Positions 9,677 to 18,213 of a stretch of 64,000 nucleotides of DNA are shown here, piece by piece (the stretch's first letter is position 1; each line of letters starts with the position of its first letter). Below the pieces are notes generated by a model, which did not search any database, was not told the origin of the DNA, and saw only the letters and a list, made by a program, of their open reading frames with translations. The position numbers and the translations under genes were made by a program. The DNA is from an uncultured Candidatus Saccharibacteria bacterium (GTDB lineage: Bacteria; Patescibacteriota; Minisyncoccia; Phycocordibacterales; Phycocordibacteraceae): NCBI GenBank assembly GCA_964607655.1, contig CAZSKX010000001.1, positions 296,939 to 360,938 on the forward strand, read 5' to 3'.

Positions 9677-10105
9677 ATGGATTGGATTCTTCAGAACATT
9701 AAGACTATCGGACCCTCCGCTTTCATCGCCTTTGGATTCGTGGCCTGGCCCGTGCTCGCCAGCTACTCCAAGACGAGCGGCGGTTGGGTCGGAGTGATCG
9801 TGGGTGCCGCAACGGCACTCATGATCGGGCTCTGCTCGATGAGCGAGATCAGTCGCGTTCCGGCCCCGAGCAAAAACGCGATCGTGATCCTGCTCGCAGC
9901 AGGTCTCCTGAACGGATTCTGCGTCACTCTCTATGCCGCAGAAACGTCGCGACCCGCAGCTGGGCTGGTCATCACGACCGTGTCGGTGCTGATGGTGCTC
10001 TGGGGATTCTTCCTCGACAGCCTCGTCAACGGCAGTTCCATGAGCGCAACAAACGTTGCCGGCGTAGTTCTCGCCGTCTCGTCGATCGTGCTCATGAGGT
10101 CGTAA
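9677..10105 (+). CDS. Small 4-TM membrane protein, possibly half-size DMT/EamA-like
   Basis: 143 aa, four hydrophobic helices; own promoter and RBS; flanked by the two copies of the 53-bp terminator repeat. Confidence 0.55.
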   Translation: MDWILQNIKTIGPSAFIAFGFVAWPVLASYSKTSGGWVGVIVGAATALMIGLCSMSEISRVPAPSKNAIVILLAAGLLNGFCVTLYAAETSRPAAGLVITTVSVLMVLWGFFLDSLVNGSSMSATNVAGVVLAVSSIVLMRS

Positions 10106-10166
10106 GGCTTCGCCTGACTTCTGACCGCGTTCCCGCGTAAGGGTCCATACGGTCGAGCAGGCGCAA

Positions 10167-10219
10167 CAAAGGGCCCTTCGCAGCAATGCGTGGGGCCCTT
10201 TCTCTATTTTGTAAAAACT
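10167..10219. repeat. 53-bp terminator element, copy 2; bidirectional terminator
   Basis: 2 mismatches to copy 1; its last bases overlap the stop codon of the second mreB paralog. Confidence 0.7.
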
Positions 10220-11261
10220 ATTTCTTCGCGATGATGCTCTTTTGATACGTATTTAAATGTTTAAGAGCAACGCCCGTCCCGCGCGCGACGCAGTAGTACG
10301 GGTCTTGAGCGAGTTTAGCGACGACACCTGTGCGACGGTAGACGAGCTCCGGCATCTGGCGAAGCTGCGACGTGCCGCCCGTGAGGATGATCCCGTTATC
10401 AATAATGTCAGCGGCGAGCTCGGGCGGCGTCTCTTGGAGCACTTTACGGATCGCCTGCGTCATCTCGCGCAGCTCCCTACCCATCGCCGTGGCCACGTCG
10501 TTAGTCGAGAGCTCGATCGTGCGCGGGAGGCCCGTGACCGTGTCGCTGCCACGCACCGGCAATACGATCTCTTCTTGGATCGATACCGCGGCACCGATCT
10601 TGATCTTTATTTCTTCAGCCGTTTTATCGCCGATCGCGAGATTGTGCTGCTTCTTTACATAGTCGACGACCGCGCGATCAAGCCGATTACCCGCGCACTT
10701 CACTGACGTCGAGGCGACGATGCCGCCCAAAGAGATCACCGCCACGTCGATTGTACCGCCGCCGATGTCGGCGACCATGCGACCCATCGGTTCGTGAATC
10801 GGGATCCCTGCTCCGATCGCGGCGAGGATCGGCTCCTTTACTACATACGCATTTTTCGCACCGGCCTTGAGCGCTGCTTCGATCACCGCGCGCTTCTCGG
10901 TCGAAGTCACCCCGGCCGGCACGGAGATAAGAACCGTCGGCTTAAACGGATTCCAGCCCATCGCCTTTTTCATAAAATGTCGAAGCATCGCCTCCGTCAC
11001 ACGATAATCAGCGATAACACCGTCCTTCATGGGACGGTACACAACCACCCCCTCTGGCGTACGACCGATCATGTCTTTCGTATCTGAGCCGATTGCGAGA
11101 ATCTTGCTTTTCCCGTTCTTTTTATCAGACTTGGTGACCGCGACGATCGAGGGCTCGTTTAAGACGACACCCTTGCCGGGCATAAAGACCAGGACGTTCG
11201 TGGTCCCTAGATCGATGCCTAATTTTGGGGAAAAGTACGACATGTAGGGCTCATGATACAC
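10218..11261 (-). CDS. Second MreB/Mbl-family actin homolog
   Basis: LGIDLGTTNVLVF, NEPSIVAV, DIGGGTIDVAV; 347 aa; start ambiguous between ATG at 11261 and 11243. Confidence 0.8.
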   Translation of the reverse strand: MYHEPYMSYFSPKLGIDLGTTNVLVFMPGKGVVLNEPSIVAVTKSDKKNGKSKILAIGSDTKDMIGRTPEGVVVYRPMKDGVIADYRVTEAMLRHFMKKAMGWNPFKPTVLISVPAGVTSTEKRAVIEAALKAGAKNAYVVKEPILAAIGAGIPIHEPMGRMVADIGGGTIDVAVISLGGIVASTSVKCAGNRLDRAVVDYVKKQHNLAIGDKTAEEIKIKIGAAVSIQEEIVLPVRGSDTVTGLPRTIELSTNDVATAMGRELREMTQAIRKVLQETPPELAADIIDNGIILTGGTSQLRQMPELVYRRTGVVAKLAQDPYYCVARGTGVALKHLNTYQKSIIAKK

Positions 11262-11269
11262 TAGGGTGA

Positions 11270-12583
11270 ATGCAAGGTGAAATCAATTTTGTTATCGAGG
11301 GCGGGAAGCCACTTTCAGGATCAGTTGAGACCAGTCGTTCGAAAAACGGTGCCGTCGCCCTCCTCGCCGCTTCACTCCTCAACCGCGGCAAGACCACCCT
11401 CCATAAAGTGCCAAAAATTGAAGAAGTTAATCGCCTTATCGAGGTGCTTCGTTCGATCGGCGTCTCGGTCGAGTGGCAGGGCTCAAGCTTGATGATTATA
11501 CCGCCGGAAAAACTCGACCTTGAACACATCGATCGCGATGCCGCGACGAGAACGCGCAGCATTCTTCTTTTCATCGGCCCACTGCTCCATCATGCTCGAT
11601 CGTTTGATATTCCTCAGTCAGGCGGCTGCACCCTCGGGACGCGTACCGTACGCCCCCACCTCTACGCACTTGAAAAATTTGGCATACGCATCGAAGCGAG
11701 GTCGGACACCTACCACGTCGAGCACGAAGGGGTCGTACCTACTGAGCTCGTGCTGTTTGAATCGAGCGACACCGGGACCGAGAACGCGCTCTTCGCAGCG
11801 GCGGGTGCTCCCGGCACCACGGTAATCAAATACGCATCGGCCAATTATCAGGTCCAGGAGGTCTGCGGCTTCCTGCAAGCCCTCGGAGTCACCCTCGAGG
11901 GTGTCGGCACCACCACTCTTACGGTCACGGGCCTCAAAGAGATCAATAAAGAAGTTGAATACGCCGTGGCACAGGACCCGATCGACAGCATGTTCTTTAT
12001 CACAGCGGCGATCGCCACGCGCTCCGCGATCACGATCAAGAATGCGCCAATCGCCTTCCTCGAGATCGAGCTCACCATTCTCGAGAAGATGGGGCTCAAG
12101 TTTACCCTGACCGATCGGGGCTATTCAGAAAACGGCATCACTCGGCTCGTTGACATCGCGATCGAGCCTTCAGACCTTACAGCATTCCCCGAACAGATAC
12201 ACCCGCGTCCCTACCCTGGCCTTAATGCGGACAACCTCCCTTTCTTCGCTGTCATCGCGACTCAGGCTGAGGGGACGACCATGCTCCACGACTGGCTCTA
12301 TGACAAACGTGCCATTTATTACACCGAGCTCGAGAAGCTCGGCGCCCACGTCCTTCTGCACGATCCACACCGAGTATCGATCTCTGGACCAACACGCTTC
12401 AAGTCCGCGCACGTGATCTGCCCTTCGGTACTGCGCATCGGCGCGATCCTCGTGATCGCGATGCTTGGAGCAAACGGTCGTTCTATGCTCCGCAACGTCT
12501 ACACCATCAACCGCGGATACGAGGGCCTCACCGAACGCCTGACTCAGCTCGGCGCATCCATCGTCGAGACAACAAGCTCGTAA
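11270..12583 (+). CDS. murA: UDP-N-acetylglucosamine 1-carboxyvinyltransferase
   Basis: EPT fold; catalytic Cys loop PQSGGCTLGTRTVRPH; 437 aa; start only 8 nt from the divergent mreB paralog start. Confidence 0.9.
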   Translation: MQGEINFVIEGGKPLSGSVETSRSKNGAVALLAASLLNRGKTTLHKVPKIEEVNRLIEVLRSIGVSVEWQGSSLMIIPPEKLDLEHIDRDAATRTRSILLFIGPLLHHARSFDIPQSGGCTLGTRTVRPHLYALEKFGIRIEARSDTYHVEHEGVVPTELVLFESSDTGTENALFAAAGAPGTTVIKYASANYQVQEVCGFLQALGVTLEGVGTTTLTVTGLKEINKEVEYAVAQDPIDSMFFITAAIATRSAITIKNAPIAFLEIELTILEKMGLKFTLTDRGYSENGITRLVDIAIEPSDLTAFPEQIHPRPYPGLNADNLPFFAVIATQAEGTTMLHDWLYDKRAIYYTELEKLGAHVLLHDPHRVSISGPTRFKSAHVICPSVLRIGAILVIAMLGANGRSMLRNVYTINRGYEGLTERLTQLGASIVETTSS

Positions 12584-12605
12584 CCACTCGCTCGCCCCGA
12601 GGCTA

Positions 12606-12938
12606 GTGCGGTACCATGGAGCCATGAGCGACGACAAGCCCAAGAACAACGAGCTGAAGTCGATCAGCGAGATGCTGCCCAATCTCGCCAAAAAGATCGC
12701 CGAGGCTCCTAAGGGCAAGAACCGCCTTACCGAACGCGGTGAGCTGATGCGCTTTTTTGTCCGCCATTTGAATCATGCGCGCAAGCGTGACGGTCTCGCG
12801 CCAATGACGATGGCCCACATGGGCACGATCTTGGAGAAAATTCCCACTCAAGATCTCTACTATTTAAAAAGCGTCTGTAGTCAGGCGAAGGATTTTTCTA
12901 AACGCTTCTGGTGGGAGCTCGACCCAGAAAAACATTAA
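12606..12938 (+). CDS. Hypothetical small protein
   Basis: 110-aa ORF between murA and def, no recognisable motif. Confidence 0.35.
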   Translation: MRYHGAMSDDKPKNNELKSISEMLPNLAKKIAEAPKGKNRLTERGELMRFFVRHLNHARKRDGLAPMTMAHMGTILEKIPTQDLYYLKSVCSQAKDFSKRFWWELDPEKH

Positions 12939-13176
12939 CGCTTCATCTCGGATTCATCGAGATGTGCTATAGTCCCTTTCGACCACTCGCAAGGATGGTT
13001 TGCACGCACCCCCGGCGGCGCGAGGTCGTTGTAAGCAACCCCCGCATGCGATGATCTCGCGCCGCCACACCGTTCTTTCTGTTCTTTCGTGTCCACCTCG
13101 CGTGGACACCCCCTGAAAATTTTCACCCACGTTGCCTTCTGGTAACGTGTCTTTTTTTATCTGGTATAGTCCGGTT
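12939..13176 (+). promoter_or_regulatory. Structured 238-nt non-coding leader upstream of def
   Basis: Perfect hairpins at 12945-12968 and 13089-13109 (gtgtccac-ctcgc-gtggacac), an 11-bp GC stem, and a small hairpin plus T7 run 25 nt before the def ATG. Confidence 0.35.
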
Positions 13177-13713
13177 ATGCGCGAGATAGTCCAAGATGGA
13201 AACCCGGTCCTTCGGGAGGTGGCTCCACCTGTCCCGAAGGAGATGTTTGGGTCAAAAGAGCTACAAAACCTCATAGCCGATATGGCCGAGGCACTCGACC
13301 AAGAGCCAGAGGGGGTCGCCCTGGCGGCCCCTCAGGTGGGTATCTCCTTGCGCCTTTTTATCGTGCGCAAAGACCGTACGCTACCGCCGCACGACGCAAC
13401 CGCGAACGGCGAGCCCGTCTCTCGAGCGGCTGAGATCGATGTGTACATTAATCCCGAGATCACCAAGAGCTCGCGTAAGCGCACGCGCGCCGACGAGGGC
13501 TGCCTCTCGGTGCGCGGACTGTACGGGACGACCACCCCTCACGAACAAGTGACCGTCCGCGCGCAGAACATCGACGGCAGCTCGTTTACGCGTGGCGCTG
13601 GAGGCCTCCTCGCTCAGATCTTCGAGCACGAGATCAATCACCTAAACGGCATCCTCTTTATCGACCACGCGGAGCACGTGATCGAGCTTAGGAAAGAATC
13701 CTCCGATGCCTAA
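13177..13713 (+). CDS. def: Peptide deformylase
   Basis: GVALAAPQVG, EGCLS and HEINHLNG metal-binding motifs; ORF-track start 13132 trimmed to the ATG at 13177 (MREIVQDGNPVL). Confidence 0.9.
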   Translation: MREIVQDGNPVLREVAPPVPKEMFGSKELQNLIADMAEALDQEPEGVALAAPQVGISLRLFIVRKDRTLPPHDATANGEPVSRAAEIDVYINPEITKSSRKRTRADEGCLSVRGLYGTTTPHEQVTVRAQNIDGSSFTRGAGGLLAQIFEHEINHLNGILFIDHAEHVIELRKESSDA

Positions 13714-14527
13714 CTTCGTCTACTTCGGCACCCCAACGGTCGCGAGCGAGACGCTTGCGTACCTGCTCTCACACGGTTTCGTGCCGAAGCTTGTCGTTAC
13801 CTCGCCCGACGCGCCACGCGGTCGCGGCCTCGTGCTCACCCCCTCGCCCGTTAAGACGCTCGCGCTTGAACACAACATTCCCTACATCACGCCAGAAAAG
13901 CTCGACGAGGCTACTATTGCTGAGATCGTCAGTCACGATTGTGAGGTCGGTATTTGCGTTGCGTACGGAAAGATCTTTCCCGAAGCACTTATCAATTCCT
14001 TCCCTAAGGGGGTACTGAACGTCCACTACTCGCTCCTGCCGAGACACCGCGGCGCTACGCCACTCGAGGCAGCTCTCCTCGCCGGCGACCAAGAGACCGG
14101 TGTCACGCTTCAAAAGATGGTAAAAGCGCTCGACGCCGGAGACATCATCGCCCAAGAGCGCACACCGATCGGCGAGAAAGAGACTGCTCGCGAGCTGCGC
14201 CCGCGACTGATACGGCTCGGCGCCGAGCTTCTCGTCGAAGCACTGCCTCGTTACCTCGACGGCTCTATTACTCCACTCCCCCAAGACCCTACTCAGGCGA
14301 CTCACGCTGGGAAACTAAAGAAGGAAGATGGCCTCGTCGACCTCTCTTCTGACGCTGAAGAAAATTGGCAAAAGTATCGTGCCTACGCCGATACCATCGG
14401 CACATATATGCTCCGCGATGGTAAACGTATAAAGATCGTTACCGCCGATCTTAAAGGCGGCTCTTTCACGCTAGAGCGTGTTGTGCCTGAAGGCAAAACA
14501 GAGACCGATTTCTCTGCACTTATTTAG
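13706..14527 (+). CDS. fmt: Methionyl-tRNA formyltransferase
   Basis: N-terminal formyltransferase domain with HYSLLPRHRG; 8-nt overlap with def. Confidence 0.9.
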   Translation: MPNFVYFGTPTVASETLAYLLSHGFVPKLVVTSPDAPRGRGLVLTPSPVKTLALEHNIPYITPEKLDEATIAEIVSHDCEVGICVAYGKIFPEALINSFPKGVLNVHYSLLPRHRGATPLEAALLAGDQETGVTLQKMVKALDAGDIIAQERTPIGEKETARELRPRLIRLGAELLVEALPRYLDGSITPLPQDPTQATHAGKLKKEDGLVDLSSDAEENWQKYRAYADTIGTYMLRDGKRIKIVTADLKGGSFTLERVVPEGKTETDFSALI

Positions 14528-14889
14528 TCCTGAGAGAAACGAAGCATTCGCTTGATAGCCGCCCCACCCCGCTTTACCAATTCACGAGTTCGACCACGTG
14601 ACTGAGTGACTTCACGAACGAGTCCATCTCGCACCTTATCAATCGCCTCTTCAAGCGTGAGACCGTCGGCTTCAACGCGGTAGAGCTTACCATCCATGGA
14701 TAGATTCCCCTCTACACGATACTTTGCTCCCGCTCGCTCAACCGCGATAGACTGCTCGATCTCGCACGAGAGAGTTGGCTCTGCAGCTGCACCTTGAGTA
14801 AGCCTCTCGAGACTCCTAAACTTCGTCTCTACCAAACTACGCGTATCTTGGGTTAACTCGTGTTGCGTTGCTTTGATGCTGATTTGCAT
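14524..14889 (-). CDS. hpf: Ribosome hibernation promoting factor (RaiA/HPF/YfiA family)
   Basis: MQISIKATQHELTQDTRSLVETKFRSLERL is a typical S30AE-family N-terminus. Confidence 0.8.
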   Translation of the reverse strand: MQISIKATQHELTQDTRSLVETKFRSLERLTQGAAAEPTLSCEIEQSIAVERAGAKYRVEGNLSMDGKLYRVEADGLTLEEAIDKVRDGLVREVTQSRGRTRELVKRGGAAIKRMLRFSQD

Positions 14890-14901
14890 GGTGCGCTGTG
14901 G

Positions 14902-15120
14902 TTACCTGGTAACTACCAACATTTTACCCCGAGTATGGTGCCCACTCAAAATGCGCACCGCAGCGACCGGCACCTCGTACTGAAGTGCTACCAGCTCGCG
15001 CACCCGCGTATTCGCTCGGTTTCCTGCCGCAGGCTCCCTCACCTGAATATGCAAAATGCTGCCCTTTTCTTCGACTACTTCTCGTCGCGCTCCGGGAACG
15101 ACATAGACTTTTAGATACAT
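14902..15120 (-). CDS. DUF167 (YggU-like) protein
   Basis: YLKVYVVPGARRE...PAAGNRANTRVRELVAL pattern; start taken at MYLKV. Confidence 0.6.
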   Translation of the reverse strand: MYLKVYVVPGARREVVEEKGSILHIQVREPAAGNRANTRVRELVALQYEVPVAAVRILSGHHTRGKMLVVTR

Positions 15121-15219
15121 ACCTCCGCATGGAAATTGTATCACTTGGGCTCACGAAAGCTTGATTAAGGGATCTTTTACGACCTGTGCTATCCTCTCTA
15201 CCAGAAGGAGGTGAACCTA

Positions 15220-15942
15220 TTGTCCCAGGAAGATGATGCCAATCGAAATGGCATGAAGCAGATCTGGGTCGGCCAGTTCTTTGAGCTGCTAGCGCACGCG
15301 ATGTTGGGGGGCGAACTGTCGAGAAACGATGACGGAGATGTGAATGACTGGCGTCACTCGCTCTCGGTCGAAATCAAAGCCTCGGGAGTACAATCCTCAT
15401 ACGGCTTTCGTCTCGACATCGAACAGATGGACCGGTATCTCTCACTCTGCCAGGGTTTCCCGTTCGACCGCGGTTGGTACGGGTTTTATGCGTATAACAA
15501 TCCGTCGGTCCGAGTCGGCAGAAAGAGCTCAACCGCCCTCTCAAAGCACAAGACGGAGAGAGCCGTCCGAGAGTACCTCACGGCGAATATCGCTTGGTTT
15601 GTCGTAGTGGATCTTGCAGTAGTCTCGCAGTGGCGAGCGTTGCGCCCGATCGCCACCGGGAGCATCAAGAGCCACAAAGACACCGAGACCATCAACGTCA
15701 AATGCCGAGAGATCGAACGCCTGGCTAACGGAGGCTTCCACGAGGAGCTCACGAGATACAACCTCGATCCTCAAGGATTTGAAGCGCTCTCTGGCCACGC
15801 GAGACTCGATCTTCGTCCCACGCTCTTCGAGCGCTACGACCTGAACTTCCCTGTAACCGCAATCCTGCCCAAGGAGGAGACTGGGGTTGCGCGAAAGATG
15901 TTCAAGCGACGGGGCCTCGAGCTCCATCGCAGGAAAAGCTGA
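15220..15942 (+). CDS. RecB/Cas4-like PD-(D/E)xK nuclease-domain protein (standalone)
   Basis: D-x11-SVEIKAS (ExK) followed 17 aa later by QMDRY (QxxxY); RBS AGGAGGTG, likely TTG start at 15220; C-terminal 150 aa unassigned. Confidence 0.5.
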   Translation: MSQEDDANRNGMKQIWVGQFFELLAHAMLGGELSRNDDGDVNDWRHSLSVEIKASGVQSSYGFRLDIEQMDRYLSLCQGFPFDRGWYGFYAYNNPSVRVGRKSSTALSKHKTERAVREYLTANIAWFVVVDLAVVSQWRALRPIATGSIKSHKDTETINVKCREIERLANGGFHEELTRYNLDPQGFEALSGHARLDLRPTLFERYDLNFPVTAILPKEETGVARKMFKRRGLELHRRKS

Positions 15943-15980
15943 TACCCGCCACCGGAAATGGTTCCAGTGGCGGGTATTCT

Positions 15981-16201
15981 CTAGTGCTTTGTCGCGGCTG
16001 CGGCCTCGAGCTCGGTGGCAACCTGGAAGAGCTTCAAGGGCTGCACCTTGACCTTCAACTTCTTGGGCTTGGCGACACGCTCCAGCGCCGTGATCGCCTT
16101 CATGATCCACTCCCGACCAACGGGAGGCAACCCCTTCCGCTCTGCAGCCGCTTCAACTCGGAGAATGACGTTAACAGCATCGTGGCTCGGATCAAGTTCC
16201 A
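15981..16201 (-). CDS. Small hypothetical protein (73 aa)
   Basis: RBS GGGAGGTG 5 nt before the ATG; an upstream intrinsic terminator (16284-16312) separates it from the neighbouring gene. Confidence 0.45.
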
Positions 16202-16283
16202 TACCCACCTCCCTATCTATCGCCGTTATACCACATTGGCGTCTACGCTAGTATCCGTCAGATATCGGGGTGATCAATATGAA

Positions 16284-16312
16284 AAGCCCGCCACTCGTAG
16301 AGCGGCGGGCTC
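16284..16312 (-). terminator. Intrinsic terminator of gene 16333..16692
   Basis: gcccgccactc/gagcggcgggc hairpin followed on the minus strand by TTTTC. Confidence 0.5.
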
Positions 16313-16332
16313 CTCGGTTGGCGGGCTTGGGT

Positions 16333-16692
16333 CTATGAAGGCGAGTACGGGTGGCCGTTCTCGGCGAGCCAGTCCTGAAGACTGACCCAGTCGTCGGACG
16401 GGCGTCCCATGTTCACGTGGTAGGGCCGATGCCACATCACCATCGCGTCGTCGAGCTCGTCGCGCCGAGCGACAAGCTGGAGGAGCGCGCCGTGCTCTCC
16501 GTACGCTTCGTCGACGGCGTGCTTGCGCGCAAGCTCGACGAGGCGAATGATCTTCTCGACATCGGCAGGAGCATAGAGCGGCCCCTGATTCAGGTCGAGG
16601 AAGAACCTTGCCGAGGTCGTGATGGCGCTGCCGCCACCCAGACCCTCTTCGAGAGCTTCGCGGCGAAATAGCATTGTCTTTTCGTGATCCAT
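16333..16692 (-). CDS. Hypothetical protein (119 aa)
   Basis: ORF with terminator downstream; no recognisable domain. Confidence 0.45.
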   Translation of the reverse strand: MDHEKTMLFRREALEEGLGGGSAITTSARFFLDLNQGPLYAPADVEKIIRLVELARKHAVDEAYGEHGALLQLVARRDELDDAMVMWHRPYHVNMGRPSDDWVSLQDWLAENGHPYSPS

Positions 16693-16975
16693 TGACTGTC
16701 TCCTTCTTCCGGTTTACACCACGCCTCTAGGCGCGGGGGGGTACATGATTTTCGATTTATAGTATAGCATATTGAAGTGCGCCTGTCAATACGCCCCGCT
16801 ATGACTTTGCACGAACAAGTGTCTTTTAGAGAGGGGCATTTTAACTTAAACTCCACGTGGCCTCGCCTGTGACATGGTGATTAACAACAATGTGCCACGG
16901 GTTTCAGTACCCAAGACGGTGAAGTCAATTTGTATAGAACAGAGACTCTCAACAAGGGCGCGGCTCCTAGGGGGC

Positions 16976-17722
16976 ATGCTATATTTGCCAATATATATGC
17001 ATACTAAAAAAGTTGAAGCGCTGCTGCTTGTGGCCTTTGTGTTCCTGTGCGGCTTTTTCTATACCACTCCTATGGGGAGTGAGAATACAGACCGAGTATT
17101 CATCACTATTAGCACCTTCTTTTTCTCAATATTTACTGGGTTTTTTATTTCGCGCCAAGGGGCCCGGTATAGCAAATTGCGCGAAATCATCAGCACATTT
17201 GATGGCAAACTCTCAAGCGTATATCGAGCATCACAAAACGTAAGCCCAGAGGTTCAGGCTGACGCCGCGCGTATTATCAGCGCTCATTATCAGCGAGTAT
17301 TACATGATCGCTCATGGGAACACCACTTCTCAGAGGATGCCGCCATCCTCTCCGCCATGCACCAAGCGCTTGAAGAACGGTTGGGCTCAACAAAGGTCGA
17401 ATCACTTCGAAACCAGGCGTTGGGCCGCATGCTCGCCGGCCTCTCAGACGCGCAGGTATTACGGAAAAATATGGTCATGCTCTATCAAGAGCGTATTCCT
17501 GCGTTTCAATGGTTCCTTATACTCTTCTTTCTTGTGATGCTTCTTCTTTCTATAAGCATCATCCCCTCAATGGGTGTCGCAATCGGTTCAATCCTGAAGG
17601 CGGCATTTGTCGTCTCGCTTATCTCAGTGGTTGTTATTCTACGCAGCCTGGACAACCTACACCTTTTCGAGGGATTCATTGGCGAAAGTTCTGCAAAGGA
17701 CGTGTTGAAAAATATAAAATAA
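16976..17722 (+). CDS. DUF4239-like membrane protein (tentative)
   Basis: 2 N-terminal TM helices, soluble middle, 2-3 C-terminal TM helices; low GC; start uncertain (16874, 16976 or 17000). Confidence 0.4.
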   Translation: MLYLPIYMHTKKVEALLLVAFVFLCGFFYTTPMGSENTDRVFITISTFFFSIFTGFFISRQGARYSKLREIISTFDGKLSSVYRASQNVSPEVQADAARIISAHYQRVLHDRSWEHHFSEDAAILSAMHQALEERLGSTKVESLRNQALGRMLAGLSDAQVLRKNMVMLYQERIPAFQWFLILFFLVMLLLSISIIPSMGVAIGSILKAAFVVSLISVVVILRSLDNLHLFEGFIGESSAKDVLKNIK

Positions 17723-17753
17723 CTGACCCCTGACAAGAGGCGCCCCGGTATCC

Positions 17754-18077
17754 CTAGCCGTACAATAAAATACCAATAATAATAAGACCTTCAATAACGA
17801 ACCAAAGGGTATACGTATAGATTATCGGCTTTTCTTTGTGCACTACTCCGTAGAGTATCCAGATCATAGAAAAGACAAAATATGAGGACCAAGAGATGAG
17901 CGATACCCCTTCTGCCTGTCGGGTGACCCAGATCCCGTACAGCTGCGGCAAGGTCATGATGGGCCCGAGCGCTCCCACGACGAAAATGAGCCGGTCGAGA
18001 ATTTTGACTGCCCAGGTATCTCTTGAGGCAACAATCCCCCGCTTCCTGAGGTGATAATGGTGCAAGCCGTCAAGCAT
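17754..18077 (-). CDS. SemiSWEET/PQ-loop sugar transporter (3 TM)
   Basis: GPIMTLPQLYGIW PQ-loop motif, about 100 aa with 3 TMs; TATACT -10 box ends 6 nt before the ATG, suggesting a leaderless mRNA. Confidence 0.55.
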   Translation of the reverse strand: MLDGLHHYHLRKRGIVASRDTWAVKILDRLIFVVGALGPIMTLPQLYGIWVTRQAEGVSLISWSSYFVFSMIWILYGVVHKEKPIIYTYTLWFVIEGLIIIGILLYG

Positions 18078-18139
18078 GGCTCAAGTATAGCAACACCTAG
18101 CGACACTCATTGTCGGACTCGTTGAATAGAAATAGGAAA

Positions 18140-18199
18140 GGCCTCACGCGATGTAAAGTCCCGTGAGACTTCCCATCGAACATGAGGCCTTTTTTTGCT
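18140..18199. terminator. Bidirectional terminator downstream of the TPM gene
   Basis: Nested hairpin ggcctca...tgaggcc with T7 on plus and a T-rich run on minus. Confidence 0.5.
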
Positions 18200-18213
18200 A
18201 TTGTGCGGCTGAC

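Noticed and set aside
15984-16385. 133-aa plus-strand ORF
   Set aside because: It overlaps the 73-aa minus-strand gene, which has a strong RBS, and also the terminator hairpin. It has a low-complexity Leu/Gly/Arg composition.
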